Made by a program: the position numbers and the translations under genes | Notes under the pieces: generated by a model | Told to the model about the DNA's origin: nothing | Database searches by the model: none | The model's input: only the letters and a program-made list of their open reading frames with translations | In this document: in pieces, positions 47,442-56,894 of the stretch | How the letters are laid out: the number at the start of each line of letters is the position of its first letter | Position numbering within the stretch: position 1 is the first letter of the stretch | NCBI GenBank assembly: GCA_965223265.1 | Contig: OZ244999.1 | Span: 1-64,000 of the forward strand | Source: Planctomycetota bacterium | GTDB taxonomy: Bacteria > Planctomycetota > UBA8108 > SXIK01 | Direction: 5' to 3' | DNA length: 64,000 nucleotides

Positions 47442-49293
47442 TGTTCTCCGCCGGGCTGCAGGTGGCGTGGGCGAGCATCGCTCCACGCACCGTCGCAAGA
47501 CTCCGCGCGGTTGCCTTGAGAGACCGTCGACCATGGGGCGGCGAGGCGTCTGCACCGTCGCTGAGCCGTCACCGGGACGCGGCCGGCAGTCGCTGTGCGA
47601 CGCGCTGTTTTTGCCGGCGCTTTTGTCGTTTTGTGTTTCTTGCGTTCCGTCGCCGCCGACTCTGCCACCACGACTTCCGCCCGCACCGACGCTCGACTGG
47701 ACCCAGTTCGAACCCGCGGTGCGCGAGCAGTTACAGCGTGCCGCAAAGGCAGCAGGTGACACGCGCGCGGCCGCGGTGGCAAACGCGCACATGGCGAAGC
47801 TTCTGATCGCGTACGGCTGGAACGAGCAGGCCATGCTCTACCTGCGTCGCGCCGTAGTGCTGAAAGAGGACGAAGAGAGTTGGTGGTACTTGAAGGGGCG
47901 CCTCGAGGCGAAGAGTGGGAATCTCGACGCGGCGAAGCTGTCGCTGGAGCGCGCTCTTTCCATCTCCGAAACTCTGCCGACGCTTCTGACGCTCGGGCGG
48001 GTCGCGCTCGATGCGAACACTCTGGAGGGAGCTCACCGTTGGTACCGCCGTGCCGTCGAGTTGTCGCCGGATTCCCCGCACGCTCACGAGGGTTTAGCGC
48101 AGGTCCTGCTGCGAAGGGGCGAGCACGCCGAGGCACAGAAGGAGTTCTTACGCGCGCTGGAGAAGGAGCCTCGCTATGCGCGGGCGCACTACGGCCTGGC
48201 GCGCCTCTACCAATTGCAGGGCGCTCGCGCCGAAGCGTTCGAAGCGCTCAAGGCGTTCGAGACTGGCATCAAGGATCTTCCCTACTCCGATCCGGTTTGG
48301 GAATCCGTTCAATCGCTCAAACTCGACGCTGACCATCTCTTTCGGCAGGCGAATTCTCTCCTTAAGGCAGGACGATTCGACGACGCGATCGCTGCGTACA
48401 AGGAAGCCCAGGGGCGGAATGATCATCTGCCGCTCGCTGACTACAACATTGGTTTGGCGCTGCAGAAGTCCGGCAGGGCGGCCGAGGCGATCACCTACTT
48501 CGAGCGCTTTCTTGAGAAGCGACCAAGATACGTGGAGGCGCACAACAACTTGGCGCTCTGCTTGTTCGAGCTCGGACGCTATTCAGAATCTTTGACTCAC
48601 CTCGAGCGAGCAGTTGAGATCGAGCCGCGGTACGCTCGTGCGCTCTTTAACCTTGGCCTCGTTCACGAGCAGCGAGGTGACATAGATGCGGCCGTCGCGT
48701 CCGTACGCCGTAGTCTGGAGCTGCGCCCGAATCACGCTGAGGCCCACTTCACACTCGGACGGCTTCTGGAGCGAAGCGATCGAAAGCAAGCCTTCGAGCA
48801 CTACCTTGTGGCGATCGCGCTACGACCGCTCGATGAGCGCATCCAACAGCGCTTCCTTGCTGCCCCCGGCGAGCCGCTGTCGGCGCGAGGCTTTCCTCTA
48901 CGCGGCGAACCATTTCAGCGCCTCGCGGACTTTCTGCGCCAGAGGAAACTGAGCGAAGCGGCCATCAGCGTTCTTCGCGTCGGTCAGCGTGAGGTGCCGG
49001 AGGACGCTCCGACTCGCGTGTTTCTGGCATGGGTCTTAGCGACAACGTCCGTCGATCGACTGCGGAAGCCGGCCGAGAGCCTCGAGATTTTGCGCCCGCT
49101 GCGAGCCAAGCTCGAAGACGATCCTCGGTTTCTCGATGTCGTCGCTGCGGCTCAAGCTGCCGTTGGCGAGTTCGCTGGCGCAGTTGGAACCGCCGAGAAA
49201 GCGATGAGCCTGGGTCGAGAGAAGGGCTTGCCGATTGCCGAGATTGAACGTCGCTTGTCACTCTACCGCCAGAACAAGCCGTATCGCGAGTAG
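47431..49293 (+). CDS. Tetratricopeptide-repeat protein, probably lipoprotein/exported
   Basis: Many TPR units (AHYGLA, AHNNLA, ALFNLG, AHFTLG); LAWVLAT...LDVVAAAQA C-terminus; true start probably downstream of 47431. Confidence 0.85.
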   Translation: MWCNVLRRAAGGVGEHRSTHRRKTPRGCLERPSTMGRRGVCTVAEPSPGRGRQSLCDALFLPALLSFCVSCVPSPPTLPPRLPPAPTLDWTQFEPAVREQLQRAAKAAGDTRAAAVANAHMAKLLIAYGWNEQAMLYLRRAVVLKEDEESWWYLKGRLEAKSGNLDAAKLSLERALSISETLPTLLTLGRVALDANTLEGAHRWYRRAVELSPDSPHAHEGLAQVLLRRGEHAEAQKEFLRALEKEPRYARAHYGLARLYQLQGARAEAFEALKAFETGIKDLPYSDPVWESVQSLKLDADHLFRQANSLLKAGRFDDAIAAYKEAQGRNDHLPLADYNIGLALQKSGRAAEAITYFERFLEKRPRYVEAHNNLALCLFELGRYSESLTHLERAVEIEPRYARALFNLGLVHEQRGDIDAAVASVRRSLELRPNHAEAHFTLGRLLERSDRKQAFEHYLVAIALRPLDERIQQRFLAAPGEPLSARGFPLRGEPFQRLADFLRQRKLSEAAISVLRVGQREVPEDAPTRVFLAWVLATTSVDRLRKPAESLEILRPLRAKLEDDPRFLDVVAAAQAAVGEFAGAVGTAEKAMSLGREKGLPIAEIERRLSLYRQNKPYRE

Positions 49294-49297
49294 CGCC

Positions 49298-51130
49298 ATG
49301 ATGCTGAAGCTTAACGTCCCGAGCGCCCTGGTGGCTCGGCTGTTCGCGCGCAACGCTTGCTTAGCAGTCGCGTCGCTGCTTTTGAGCTGCACGCCAGATG
49401 CACCCAACGAGTCGACGGCGGGCGCGCCGCAGGCTGAATCCTCATCGCAACCAGTGGCGAGCTCGAGTCCCACTTCCGAGCCCGCGGATTCCGCACCTGC
49501 TCCCTTCCGCGACGTGACGACCAGCGTCGGTATCGATTTCGTCCACGTCAACGGAGCGACGGGTGGCTTTTTTTTGCCGGAGATCATGGGCGCCGGTTGT
49601 GCGCTCTTTGATTTTGACGGTGATGGCGACCTCGACGTCTACGCGCTCCAGGGCGCGCCGCTGACAGCGACTCGCGCTGCTCCGGACGGCGTCAGAACGC
49701 CGGGTAGCGGTGATCCGGGTCAGGCTCCGGTCAATCGACTCTTTCGCAGCGAGCTGGCAAACAGCTCGGTGCTCAAGTTTGTCGACGTCACCACGACCAG
49801 TGGGGTTGGAGACCAGGGCTTCGCGCTCGGCTGCGCTGTCGGCGATTACGACAACGACGGATTCGCGGATCTCTATGTGACGAACTTCGGTGCCAACGTG
49901 CTCTTCCACAATCAAGGCGACGGCACGTTCCGAGATGTGACGGAGTCGGCAGGCGTTGGCGATCCTGGCTTCGCCGCCAGCGCAGCTTTCTTCGACTACG
50001 ACCGCGACGGTTGGCTCGACATTTACGTCGTCAACTACGTCGAGTATTCCCTCGCCGCCAATCGCGACTGCACGCGGTTCGGTGGCGTGCCGGACTACTG
50101 CGGTCCTATGAGCTACGAACCTGCCAGCGACCGCGTCTTTCGCAATCGCGGCGACGGCACGTTTGACGATGTCACCATTCGCTTAGGGGTTCACTCGAGC
50201 CTCGGCTGTGGACTCGGTGTCGTCTGCGCCGACTGGGATAACGATGGCTGGATCGATGTCTTCGTCGCCAACGACGCGACCCCTAATCACCTGTGGTTGA
50301 ACCGCGAAGGCAGGGCATTCGAGGAGGCTGGGCTGTTGGCGGGTGTGGCCGTCAATCGTGACGGCAAAAGCGAAGCCGGCATGGGAATCGCGACCGCTGA
50401 TTTCGATCGCGATGGAGATTTCGACGTGTTTCTTACTCATGAAGTCGAGGAGACGAACACGTACTACGTTCAGCGCGACGAAGCCTTCTTCGACGACGCA
50501 ACCGCTGTGGTCGGGCTTGCTGCACCAAGTCGCCCCTACTCGGGATTCGGTACGTACGCAATCGACTACGACCTCGACGGCTGGCTCGATCTGTTTGTTG
50601 CCAACGGAGCCGTCCGTCGCCAAACGAACCAAGTCAGCAATGCGAATCCGTATGTGCAGCCGAACCAGCTTTACCGAAACCTCAAGGGGCGATTCGTCGA
50701 ACAGCGCCCGATCGTGGCGGCAAGTGCGGCTCTCGCTAGTCGTGGCGCAGCCTTCGGTGATCTCGATCACGACGGGGACGTCGACATCGTCGTTGCCAAC
50801 AATGCCGGCCCGCTGCAGGTGCTGGTCAACGACGCCGCGGCGGACCGAGCGTGGGTTCGACTGCGGCTTCAGGGTACGCGCGCCGCAAAAGACGCGTACG
50901 GCGCCCGTGTCGAGGTGCAGGCCGGCGGCGTTTCACTCAAGCAGATCGTCGGCACCGATGGGAGTTACTGCAGCGCGTCGGACGTTCGCCGTGTCTTCGG
51001 GCTCGATTCAATCGCCGACCCGGTGGTGGCGACGGTCACGTGGCTCGGCGGAGGAGTGGAACGGTGGAAGAACATTCCCCTGCGATCCGAAACTCTCCTG
51101 CGCCAGGGTGAGGGCGAAGCGGTCGAGTGA
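49298..51130 (+). CDS. CRTAC1-family FG-GAP protein with ASPIC/UnbV C-terminal domain
   Basis: FRDVT..VGIDFVH, PEIMGAG, repeated D(Y/F)D.DG..D, SRGAAFGDLDHDGDVD, GARV...SYCSASD...FGL. Confidence 0.88.
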   Translation: MMLKLNVPSALVARLFARNACLAVASLLLSCTPDAPNESTAGAPQAESSSQPVASSSPTSEPADSAPAPFRDVTTSVGIDFVHVNGATGGFFLPEIMGAGCALFDFDGDGDLDVYALQGAPLTATRAAPDGVRTPGSGDPGQAPVNRLFRSELANSSVLKFVDVTTTSGVGDQGFALGCAVGDYDNDGFADLYVTNFGANVLFHNQGDGTFRDVTESAGVGDPGFAASAAFFDYDRDGWLDIYVVNYVEYSLAANRDCTRFGGVPDYCGPMSYEPASDRVFRNRGDGTFDDVTIRLGVHSSLGCGLGVVCADWDNDGWIDVFVANDATPNHLWLNREGRAFEEAGLLAGVAVNRDGKSEAGMGIATADFDRDGDFDVFLTHEVEETNTYYVQRDEAFFDDATAVVGLAAPSRPYSGFGTYAIDYDLDGWLDLFVANGAVRRQTNQVSNANPYVQPNQLYRNLKGRFVEQRPIVAASAALASRGAAFGDLDHDGDVDIVVANNAGPLQVLVNDAAADRAWVRLRLQGTRAAKDAYGARVEVQAGGVSLKQIVGTDGSYCSASDVRRVFGLDSIADPVVATVTWLGGGVERWKNIPLRSETLLRQGEGEAVE

Positions 51131-51228
51131 GCCCGTCGTCGCCACCTGCCCGCATCCCGTCGGGACGTGCTACGCCGCCTCTGGCGTGCCTTCCGCCGCT
51201 GCTCGTATCTCAACACTGCGGCAGAGTG

Positions 51229-52686
51229 TCAGCGGTGAGGTCGCCGGCGGATTTGGGTCGAGGCGAGGAAGCTTCTCACACGGCGCTGAAGTGACTCCAG
51301 GCAAGCAGACTCCGTCTCCGCCAAGTCCAGCAGTGTCAGAATTGGGTGCCGCGACTCGATGATGGTGCCGATTGACGGAACGTCGGCGTATCGCGGTTCC
51401 GAAAGCATGCCGCCAACTTCGACGCGACAGCAACCTGCGCCGTTGCGACTATGTGAGAGCAGGTCTGTTTCGATGATGCAGCGTGCCGGCGCGAAGAGGA
51501 CCGCCTTGCCGACGACGTGGTGGCCGCTTTCGACCGTGATCTGTGCCGCCGGTGTTGCTGTCGTTTGTCTCCCGGCCGCTCGGCAGGCGTCCGCGTGGAG
51601 GTCGAAGAGATGAGGTTCCGTCGATAGCTCGAGTATCTCCGCCGAGGCGGGATAGCGTGGGTTCACTTCGAGCACCGCAAGCTCAGCTCGCGGCGCGGGC
51701 GTCAGCAGTGATTCCTCGCGGGCGATGAAGTCGACGCCGAAGAGTCCGCGGAGGTGAAACGACGCCACCAACGTATCTCCGAGCCTTTGAAGCTCTTCAC
51801 GCCATGCGGCAGCGATCGGCTGCGGCCCCAGGCCGCCGCACCAACCGAACGGTGGGGCGTGAAGCCAATCGACGCCAACCAATTGGCGCGTCGCGCCGAT
51901 CAGTACTGCGCCGCCCGCACGGCCCACAAAGACGGCGGAGAACGGCGCCCCGCGAGCGCGGTGCTGATAATAATAGCCGCGTCGACCTAGTTGCTCGTCA
52001 CGGTCGCTGTGCTGGTGCCGCACAGCCTTGGCGGCGACTGGCTCTGGCGCTACGCCGCACGCTGTGATGCCCGATCCGCCGCAGCCGCCCTGGCTCTTGC
52101 GCAGCCACGCAGCTGCGCCGGCGCGAGGAGGGGTGCGCGAGAGTCTTGGCATCTGGAACCCGTTTTCGCGCAGCACCTCGCTGAGACGAAACGGATCGCG
52201 GACACCTCGCAGAACTCCTCCGCCGTTGCCCCAGAGCGGACGGACTCGACTGAGCCGGTCGACTAGCTCTGGAGCGTTCTCGAGTCCACCGGTGTAGACC
52301 CATGGCGCGTCGGGGCCGTCTGCGACAAACGGCGCGAGCCCTGCCGGATAGGCGTGTTCGCACCGCCAGGTCTCGTCGCAGTAGCGCCGAAGGTCCACAT
52401 CGTCGAACAGGTCCGCGGCCCGTACCCGCCAGCCAGAACGGGCAGCCGAGGCCGCGGTGGCACGGGCGCTCGCACCGATGACGGTGACGAGCGATCCGTC
52501 ACAGGGTGGGCCGTACAGTCGATCAGGTTGGCCGTCGTGATCGAACGACGTCGTGTGAGTGACCGGGGTGTGATCCGCCGTTTTGCCTCGTTCGTCGGTG
52601 GTTGATCCGCAGTGCTCGGGAATCGTCGGGAAACGATTGCCATCACCGCCTGGGTTCTGGTATAGGTCGGGGACCTGTTGACACAT
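51229..52686 (-). CDS. ATP-grasp protein, OrfY/MyfB-like (methylofuran glutamylation)
   Basis: VIGASARATAASAARSG...DLFDD.D, YTGGLEN, LWGN, GLFGVDF, LEVNPRYPAS, GKAVLFA, ADVP..G....HPILT; ATG 52686 with GGAG RBS. Confidence 0.8.
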   Translation of the reverse strand: MCQQVPDLYQNPGGDGNRFPTIPEHCGSTTDERGKTADHTPVTHTTSFDHDGQPDRLYGPPCDGSLVTVIGASARATAASAARSGWRVRAADLFDDVDLRRYCDETWRCEHAYPAGLAPFVADGPDAPWVYTGGLENAPELVDRLSRVRPLWGNGGGVLRGVRDPFRLSEVLRENGFQMPRLSRTPPRAGAAAWLRKSQGGCGGSGITACGVAPEPVAAKAVRHQHSDRDEQLGRRGYYYQHRARGAPFSAVFVGRAGGAVLIGATRQLVGVDWLHAPPFGWCGGLGPQPIAAAWREELQRLGDTLVASFHLRGLFGVDFIAREESLLTPAPRAELAVLEVNPRYPASAEILELSTEPHLFDLHADACRAAGRQTTATPAAQITVESGHHVVGKAVLFAPARCIIETDLLSHSRNGAGCCRVEVGGMLSEPRYADVPSIGTIIESRHPILTLLDLAETESACLESLQRRVRSFLASTQIRRRPHR

Positions 52687-52744
52687 TGTATCGTCTCCGA
52701 GTTCGAGGTTCCTTGTCAATCGCTTGACTTGCCGCTGGATTGCG

Positions 52745-52792
52745 GTGGCGTAGCGGACACGTGGCGTAGCGGACACGTGGCGTAGCGGACAC
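52745..52792 (+). repeat. 3 x 16-bp perfect tandem repeat
   Basis: GTGGCGTAGCGGACAC three times in the orfY/fae divergent spacer. Confidence 0.9.
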
Positions 52793-52858
52793 ATCGCGTC
52801 GACTTCGACTGGAGCTCACTACACTTTCGCGACTCGTCGCGTGGGAGGAATCGTTTCA

Positions 52859-53356
52859 ATGTCTATGTACATCGGTGAAGCGCTTGTCGGTGATGGAAAT
52901 GAGGTCGCCCATATCGACCTGCTGATCGGTTCGAAGGATGGTCCCGTCGGCGCTGCCTTTGCGAACGCGCTTGCGTCTCAGAGACAAGGACATTCGAACT
53001 TGCTCGCCGTCTTGGAGCCCAATCTGGCCGTCAAGCCGGCGACTGTCATGATCACGAAAGTGACGATCAAGGGCGCAAAGCAAGCCGTACAGATGTTCGG
53101 GCCGGCCCAGGCTGCGGTTGCGAAAGCCGTCGCCGAGTCAGTTGCCGAGGGGGTGATTCCGAAAGATCAGTGTGAAAACCTTGTCATCGTCTGCGGCGTG
53201 TTCATCCACTGGCTCGCCGAGGACGACGCCAAGATCCGGCAGTACAACTACGAGGCGACCAAACTCTCCATCGCGCGCGCCATGCGAGGCGAGCCATCGG
53301 CTGATGAAATGATCGCCGGCAAAGACACTGCCAAGCATCCGTTCGCCGGCAACTAA
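52859..53356 (+). CDS. fae: Formaldehyde-activating enzyme
   Basis: IGEALVGDGNEVAHIDLLIG, AFANAL, KVTIKG..QAVQMFGPAQAAVA, VFIHW, YNYEAT, HPF; GGAGG RBS. Confidence 0.96.
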   Translation: MSMYIGEALVGDGNEVAHIDLLIGSKDGPVGAAFANALASQRQGHSNLLAVLEPNLAVKPATVMITKVTIKGAKQAVQMFGPAQAAVAKAVAESVAEGVIPKDQCENLVIVCGVFIHWLAEDDAKIRQYNYEATKLSIARAMRGEPSADEMIAGKDTAKHPFAGN

Positions 53357-53468
53357 CAGCCTGTAATGCTTCGAGTCGAACTGGTCGCTTCGCGTCCAAT
53401 TCGGCCGCGGCGAACGTAGGTAGCCTCCGAGCCCTCTTCTATAAGATAGATACGGCGAGGCTCGCCAC
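53357..53468. mobile_element. Degenerate third copy of the MITE-like element
   Basis: Starts immediately after CTAA (fae stop): CAGCCTGTAATGCTTCGAGTCGAACTGGTCGCTTCGCGTCC...CTCCGAGCCCTCTTCTATAAGATA...CGGCGAGGCTCGCC; right end eroded. Confidence 0.7.
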
Positions 53469-53853
53469 ACGTCAGAGTCGGTCTGAGGACCGTCTCTGAT
53501 GGGTGGCGAGCTTGTTGTTTCAACGCGAAGTTTGACGGTTAGCCCGCATCTCTCTTACGGTGCCGCAATACGAATCCTGTGAGAGATTCCGGTTGTTAGG
53601 GACCTGCCTCAGTCTTTCGTTACCACCGCCTTGTGAGTGCTACTGCCGACACTTCGTCGCGCCCTCGACTGAACGCTCGAGTCCGCTTCTCTCCCCGCCG
53701 TCCAGTGTCCTGTGGTTTTAGCTGTCTGACATCCCAGGTTCGCAGCTGAACGGAGTGGAGCGAGTTCGCTGCGCGGTTTGGTTTCTTTCTTTCCCTCGGG
53801 TTTTCAAGTCCGTCAGTACTTCAGGAGTGCCAAAGGCTTCTCGCGTTTGAGCT

Positions 53854-54720
53854 ATGACTGAGAAGAAGCGCATACTTGTCCAGCTTGACAGCGATCCGCT
53901 GCCGAGCCTATTCGATCGTGTCGTCGGCGTTGATGCCGGAGCTGAACAGCTTTTCAGCTACGGCGGGATCGTGCCCGAGACAGTCCGCGATCTGATCTAC
54001 GGCGCCATCTTCACGCGCGGGCCCAAAGACCTGAAGTCGACCGCCGTCTTCGTGGGTGGCAGCGACGTCGAATTGGGGGAAAAGATTTTCAGTGCGGCAC
54101 GTGACGCCTGTTTCGGCCCCCTCCGCGTCTCGATCATGCTCGATTCGAATGGCGCGAACACCACGGCAGCAGCGGCCGTCGCGCTGGCGGCGCGTCACGT
54201 CGTGCTGCGCGGCGCCCGTGCTACAGTGCTCGCGGCGACTGGACCTGTGGGGCGACGCGCGGCGAGGTTATTGGCGCGTGAGGGTGCGAGCGTGCGAGTT
54301 GCGTCACGTTCCCTTGCTCGTGCTGAGACCGTAGCTCAAGACGTGCGCGATGCCGTGGCCGGGGCGTCCCTCGAAGCGCTCGAGACGAGCTCAGAGTCTT
54401 CCGTCACTGCGGCACTCGATGGCGCCGACGTCCTCATTGCCGCCGGTGGCGCTGGCGTGCAGCTTGTCAGCAAGGCGGATCGCCAACGTGCCGAAACGCT
54501 CCGCTTTGTCGCTGACCTGAACGCCGTCCCGCCGGTGGGTGTTGAAGGCATCGAGCCGACGGCCACCGCTGTCGAAGACGGAAGCGCGGTAACCTATGGC
54601 GCCATCGGTGTCGGCGGACTCAAGATGAAGATTCACAAAGCCGCCATTGAGAAACTTTTCAGCACCAACGACCTCGCGCTCGATGCCGAGGAGATCTACG
54701 CCATCGGGCGAGACCTCTGA
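53854..54720 (+). CDS. mtdA: NAD(P)-dependent methylene-H4MPT/H4F dehydrogenase (MtdA/MtdC type)
   Basis: QLDSD..PS.FD.VV..D.G, AIFTRGPKDL..TAVFVGG, VSIMLDSNGANTTAAA, TGPVG.R, DLNAVPP.G, GAIGVGGLKMKIH. Confidence 0.9.
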   Translation: MTEKKRILVQLDSDPLPSLFDRVVGVDAGAEQLFSYGGIVPETVRDLIYGAIFTRGPKDLKSTAVFVGGSDVELGEKIFSAARDACFGPLRVSIMLDSNGANTTAAAAVALAARHVVLRGARATVLAATGPVGRRAARLLAREGASVRVASRSLARAETVAQDVRDAVAGASLEALETSSESSVTAALDGADVLIAAGGAGVQLVSKADRQRAETLRFVADLNAVPPVGVEGIEPTATAVEDGSAVTYGAIGVGGLKMKIHKAAIEKLFSTNDLALDAEEIYAIGRDL

Positions 54721-54763
54721 TTTCGGCGGTTGATCGCGTCGTCTCTTGCCGTGAGGATCCGCG

Positions 54764-55609
54764 TCACTCCTGTCGCGAAACGCCTGCGGCCCAGCGTCGT
54801 GGTCGAATGACGAGCACGGGGATGGGTGACTCTACCGCCAGCCGTTCGGCGAGGTTCTCGGAAAACGGTCCTCCGGCTTCACGCACCGCGAGGTGTTGAC
54901 CGAGAATCAACAAGTCGTACCCTCCGCGCTGACACTCCGTCAGAATCTCTCGCAGTACCATTCCCTGTGAGATCACGACCTTGGGTTCGGTGCCGGGCTT
55001 CCACTGCAGGACGTCGATGAGATCGGAGACACCCGGAATCTTTTGCTGCGGCTCCGTACTCTCCTTCGCGCCCTCGACACTCGGGATCGGTACGCTGGAG
55101 CGGACGTGCAGAATGGTCAGCTCCGCCCCCAGCGATTGGCTCAGTTCATGTCCGCACAAGAACGTCGTCTCGCTCATCGGCCCGCCGCTGACGGTGAGGA
55201 GAATGCGTTGAATGCTCTCGGAGACGGGGCGCCGCGCCACCATGATGCTCGACGGGGAGTTGTGGACGACGCTTTTGACTCGCGAACCTTTGATCATGCG
55301 CGCCAGACCACGCCTGCCGGCAGGAGGAAAGATGGTGATCGCCGGCGAAACCGCTCGTGATTCCTGGAGAATGGCTTCGCGCGGCGGACCCGGACGCACC
55401 GCGGTGGTCACCGAGTGGCCGGTTGACTCTTCGAGCTGCGCCGCTGTCTGGTCGAGGAACTCTGGGTTTTTCGCTACGACGTCCTCTGTGGTCAACAGGA
55501 CGACTGAGGCGTTGACACCGCAAAGAAGTTCCCGCGTGAGCGTGAGAGCCCACTCGCTTTCCTCGGAAACATCGACGTAGGAGAGGATTCTGAAAGCTTC
55601 TTCTGACAT
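54764..55609 (-). CDS. Tandem universal stress protein (USP) domains
   Basis: Two USP halves: G.PREAIL...GSRVKSVV and ILLTVSGG...YDLLILG...AERLAVESPIPVLVIR. Confidence 0.8.
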   Translation of the reverse strand: MSEEAFRILSYVDVSEESEWALTLTRELLCGVNASVVLLTTEDVVAKNPEFLDQTAAQLEESTGHSVTTAVRPGPPREAILQESRAVSPAITIFPPAGRRGLARMIKGSRVKSVVHNSPSSIMVARRPVSESIQRILLTVSGGPMSETTFLCGHELSQSLGAELTILHVRSSVPIPSVEGAKESTEPQQKIPGVSDLIDVLQWKPGTEPKVVISQGMVLREILTECQRGGYDLLILGQHLAVREAGGPFSENLAERLAVESPIPVLVIRPRRWAAGVSRQE

Positions 55610-55706
55610 CTTGTCGTTCGACTTTCTTTGTCTGCTCAGGCTATCGCTTGCGACTCTTTATTCTGCCGACCGAATCCGCACAACGCGACCCCGTCGAGTT
55701 CAATAC

Positions 55707-56762
55707 TCACATCCCGAGGACGATCAAAAGGAGCGGAACAATGAACACTGCAATGACGAACACGGTCAACGTCGCGCGGCGCTGCGTGATCGCCGACGTT
55801 AGGGTGTCCATTAGGTTTTCGTATGGGTGATAGACGAGAAAGACGAGCGGCAGCGACACCGTCGTTACGGTTAACGCGCAGCAGAGCACCAATCCAAAGG
55901 CATCGGGATGGCCGATGAGTAGACTCGCTATCAACGTGTCGACGAACGTGGTGATGTTGGCACCCATGATGTAAGGAACGAGATTCTCGCGACGGATGAT
56001 TCCACGCACGGTCAACGGCACGAGCAGCGTGAGCGATACTGATACCGAGAGCGTGAAGCAGGTGACGAGCATGCCGAACAGAAACGCAATCGACGGTCGG
56101 AAAATTGTCGTCGCCATGCGCCCGAGGTTGCCGCCGAGGGGATCCACCGTCGGCAGTGTCAGATCGAACAGCTTGAACGCGACGACGAGCACACCAACTC
56201 CAGCGACCATGAGCGACCACATCGGAAGCGAGACGGTGTCGCAGAGCGCGACGGTGCCGTCGACGATCGGCTGGTAGAGTGTGTCGATGAAACTGACGAA
56301 CACGGGTGGCGCCTCGATCCGAACTCCGTCGAGAAAGCCAGAATGCAGAACGACGTAGCCGAGGAGCAAGGCGGGGATGTAGACCGAAGCCGTGATCAGA
56401 AACGAAAGGGTGCCGACGTAGACTCCGCCACGCGGGCTTTTTGAGCGTAGGTCGTAGATGAACCCGACGGCGAGCACGACGAACGAAGCACCTAGCCGTG
56501 AGCCGACGATCATCGAGAAGCTCTCGAATTTGTCGAGCGTGTTGCTGGCCAGGAGGCTGAGGGCGATCGCCGCAACCGGGGAGCCGCTCAATACGACACA
56601 CGACGTGAACCACCCGAATCCAAGCGAGGCGATCTCGCCATTGACGAAGATGTTCTCGAAGAGATCCGAGAGAGACGCGGCTCCGGTTTGAATGAACTTG
56701 AGCGCGAGAACGAAGAGAAAGACACTCAGGGTTACGAGCGCGATGCGCCAGACGACAGACAT
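55707..56762 (-). CDS. Na+/phosphate cotransporter-like membrane protein
   Basis: Multiple TM helices; LSGSPVAA...GSRLGAS and TLSVSVS...PYIMGANITT repeats. Confidence 0.7.
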   Translation of the reverse strand: MSVVWRIALVTLSVFLFVLALKFIQTGAASLSDLFENIFVNGEIASLGFGWFTSCVVLSGSPVAAIALSLLASNTLDKFESFSMIVGSRLGASFVVLAVGFIYDLRSKSPRGGVYVGTLSFLITASVYIPALLLGYVVLHSGFLDGVRIEAPPVFVSFIDTLYQPIVDGTVALCDTVSLPMWSLMVAGVGVLVVAFKLFDLTLPTVDPLGGNLGRMATTIFRPSIAFLFGMLVTCFTLSVSVSLTLLVPLTVRGIIRRENLVPYIMGANITTFVDTLIASLLIGHPDAFGLVLCCALTVTTVSLPLVFLVYHPYENLMDTLTSAITQRRATLTVFVIAVFIVPLLLIVLGM

Positions 56763-56894
56763 GTAGTTGAGCGGGGCTGCGATTCAGGGAGCGTGATCAG
56801 CTCGATCCACGGTTGACAGCCTGGAGATCGACGGATTGTAGACGGCCGCTCGTGCGAAACCAACACCCGTTTCTGCTGTCCGTGCGCGCCCTCG

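Noticed and set aside
52745-52792. CRISPR array
   Set aside because: 16-bp units with no spacers and no cas genes.
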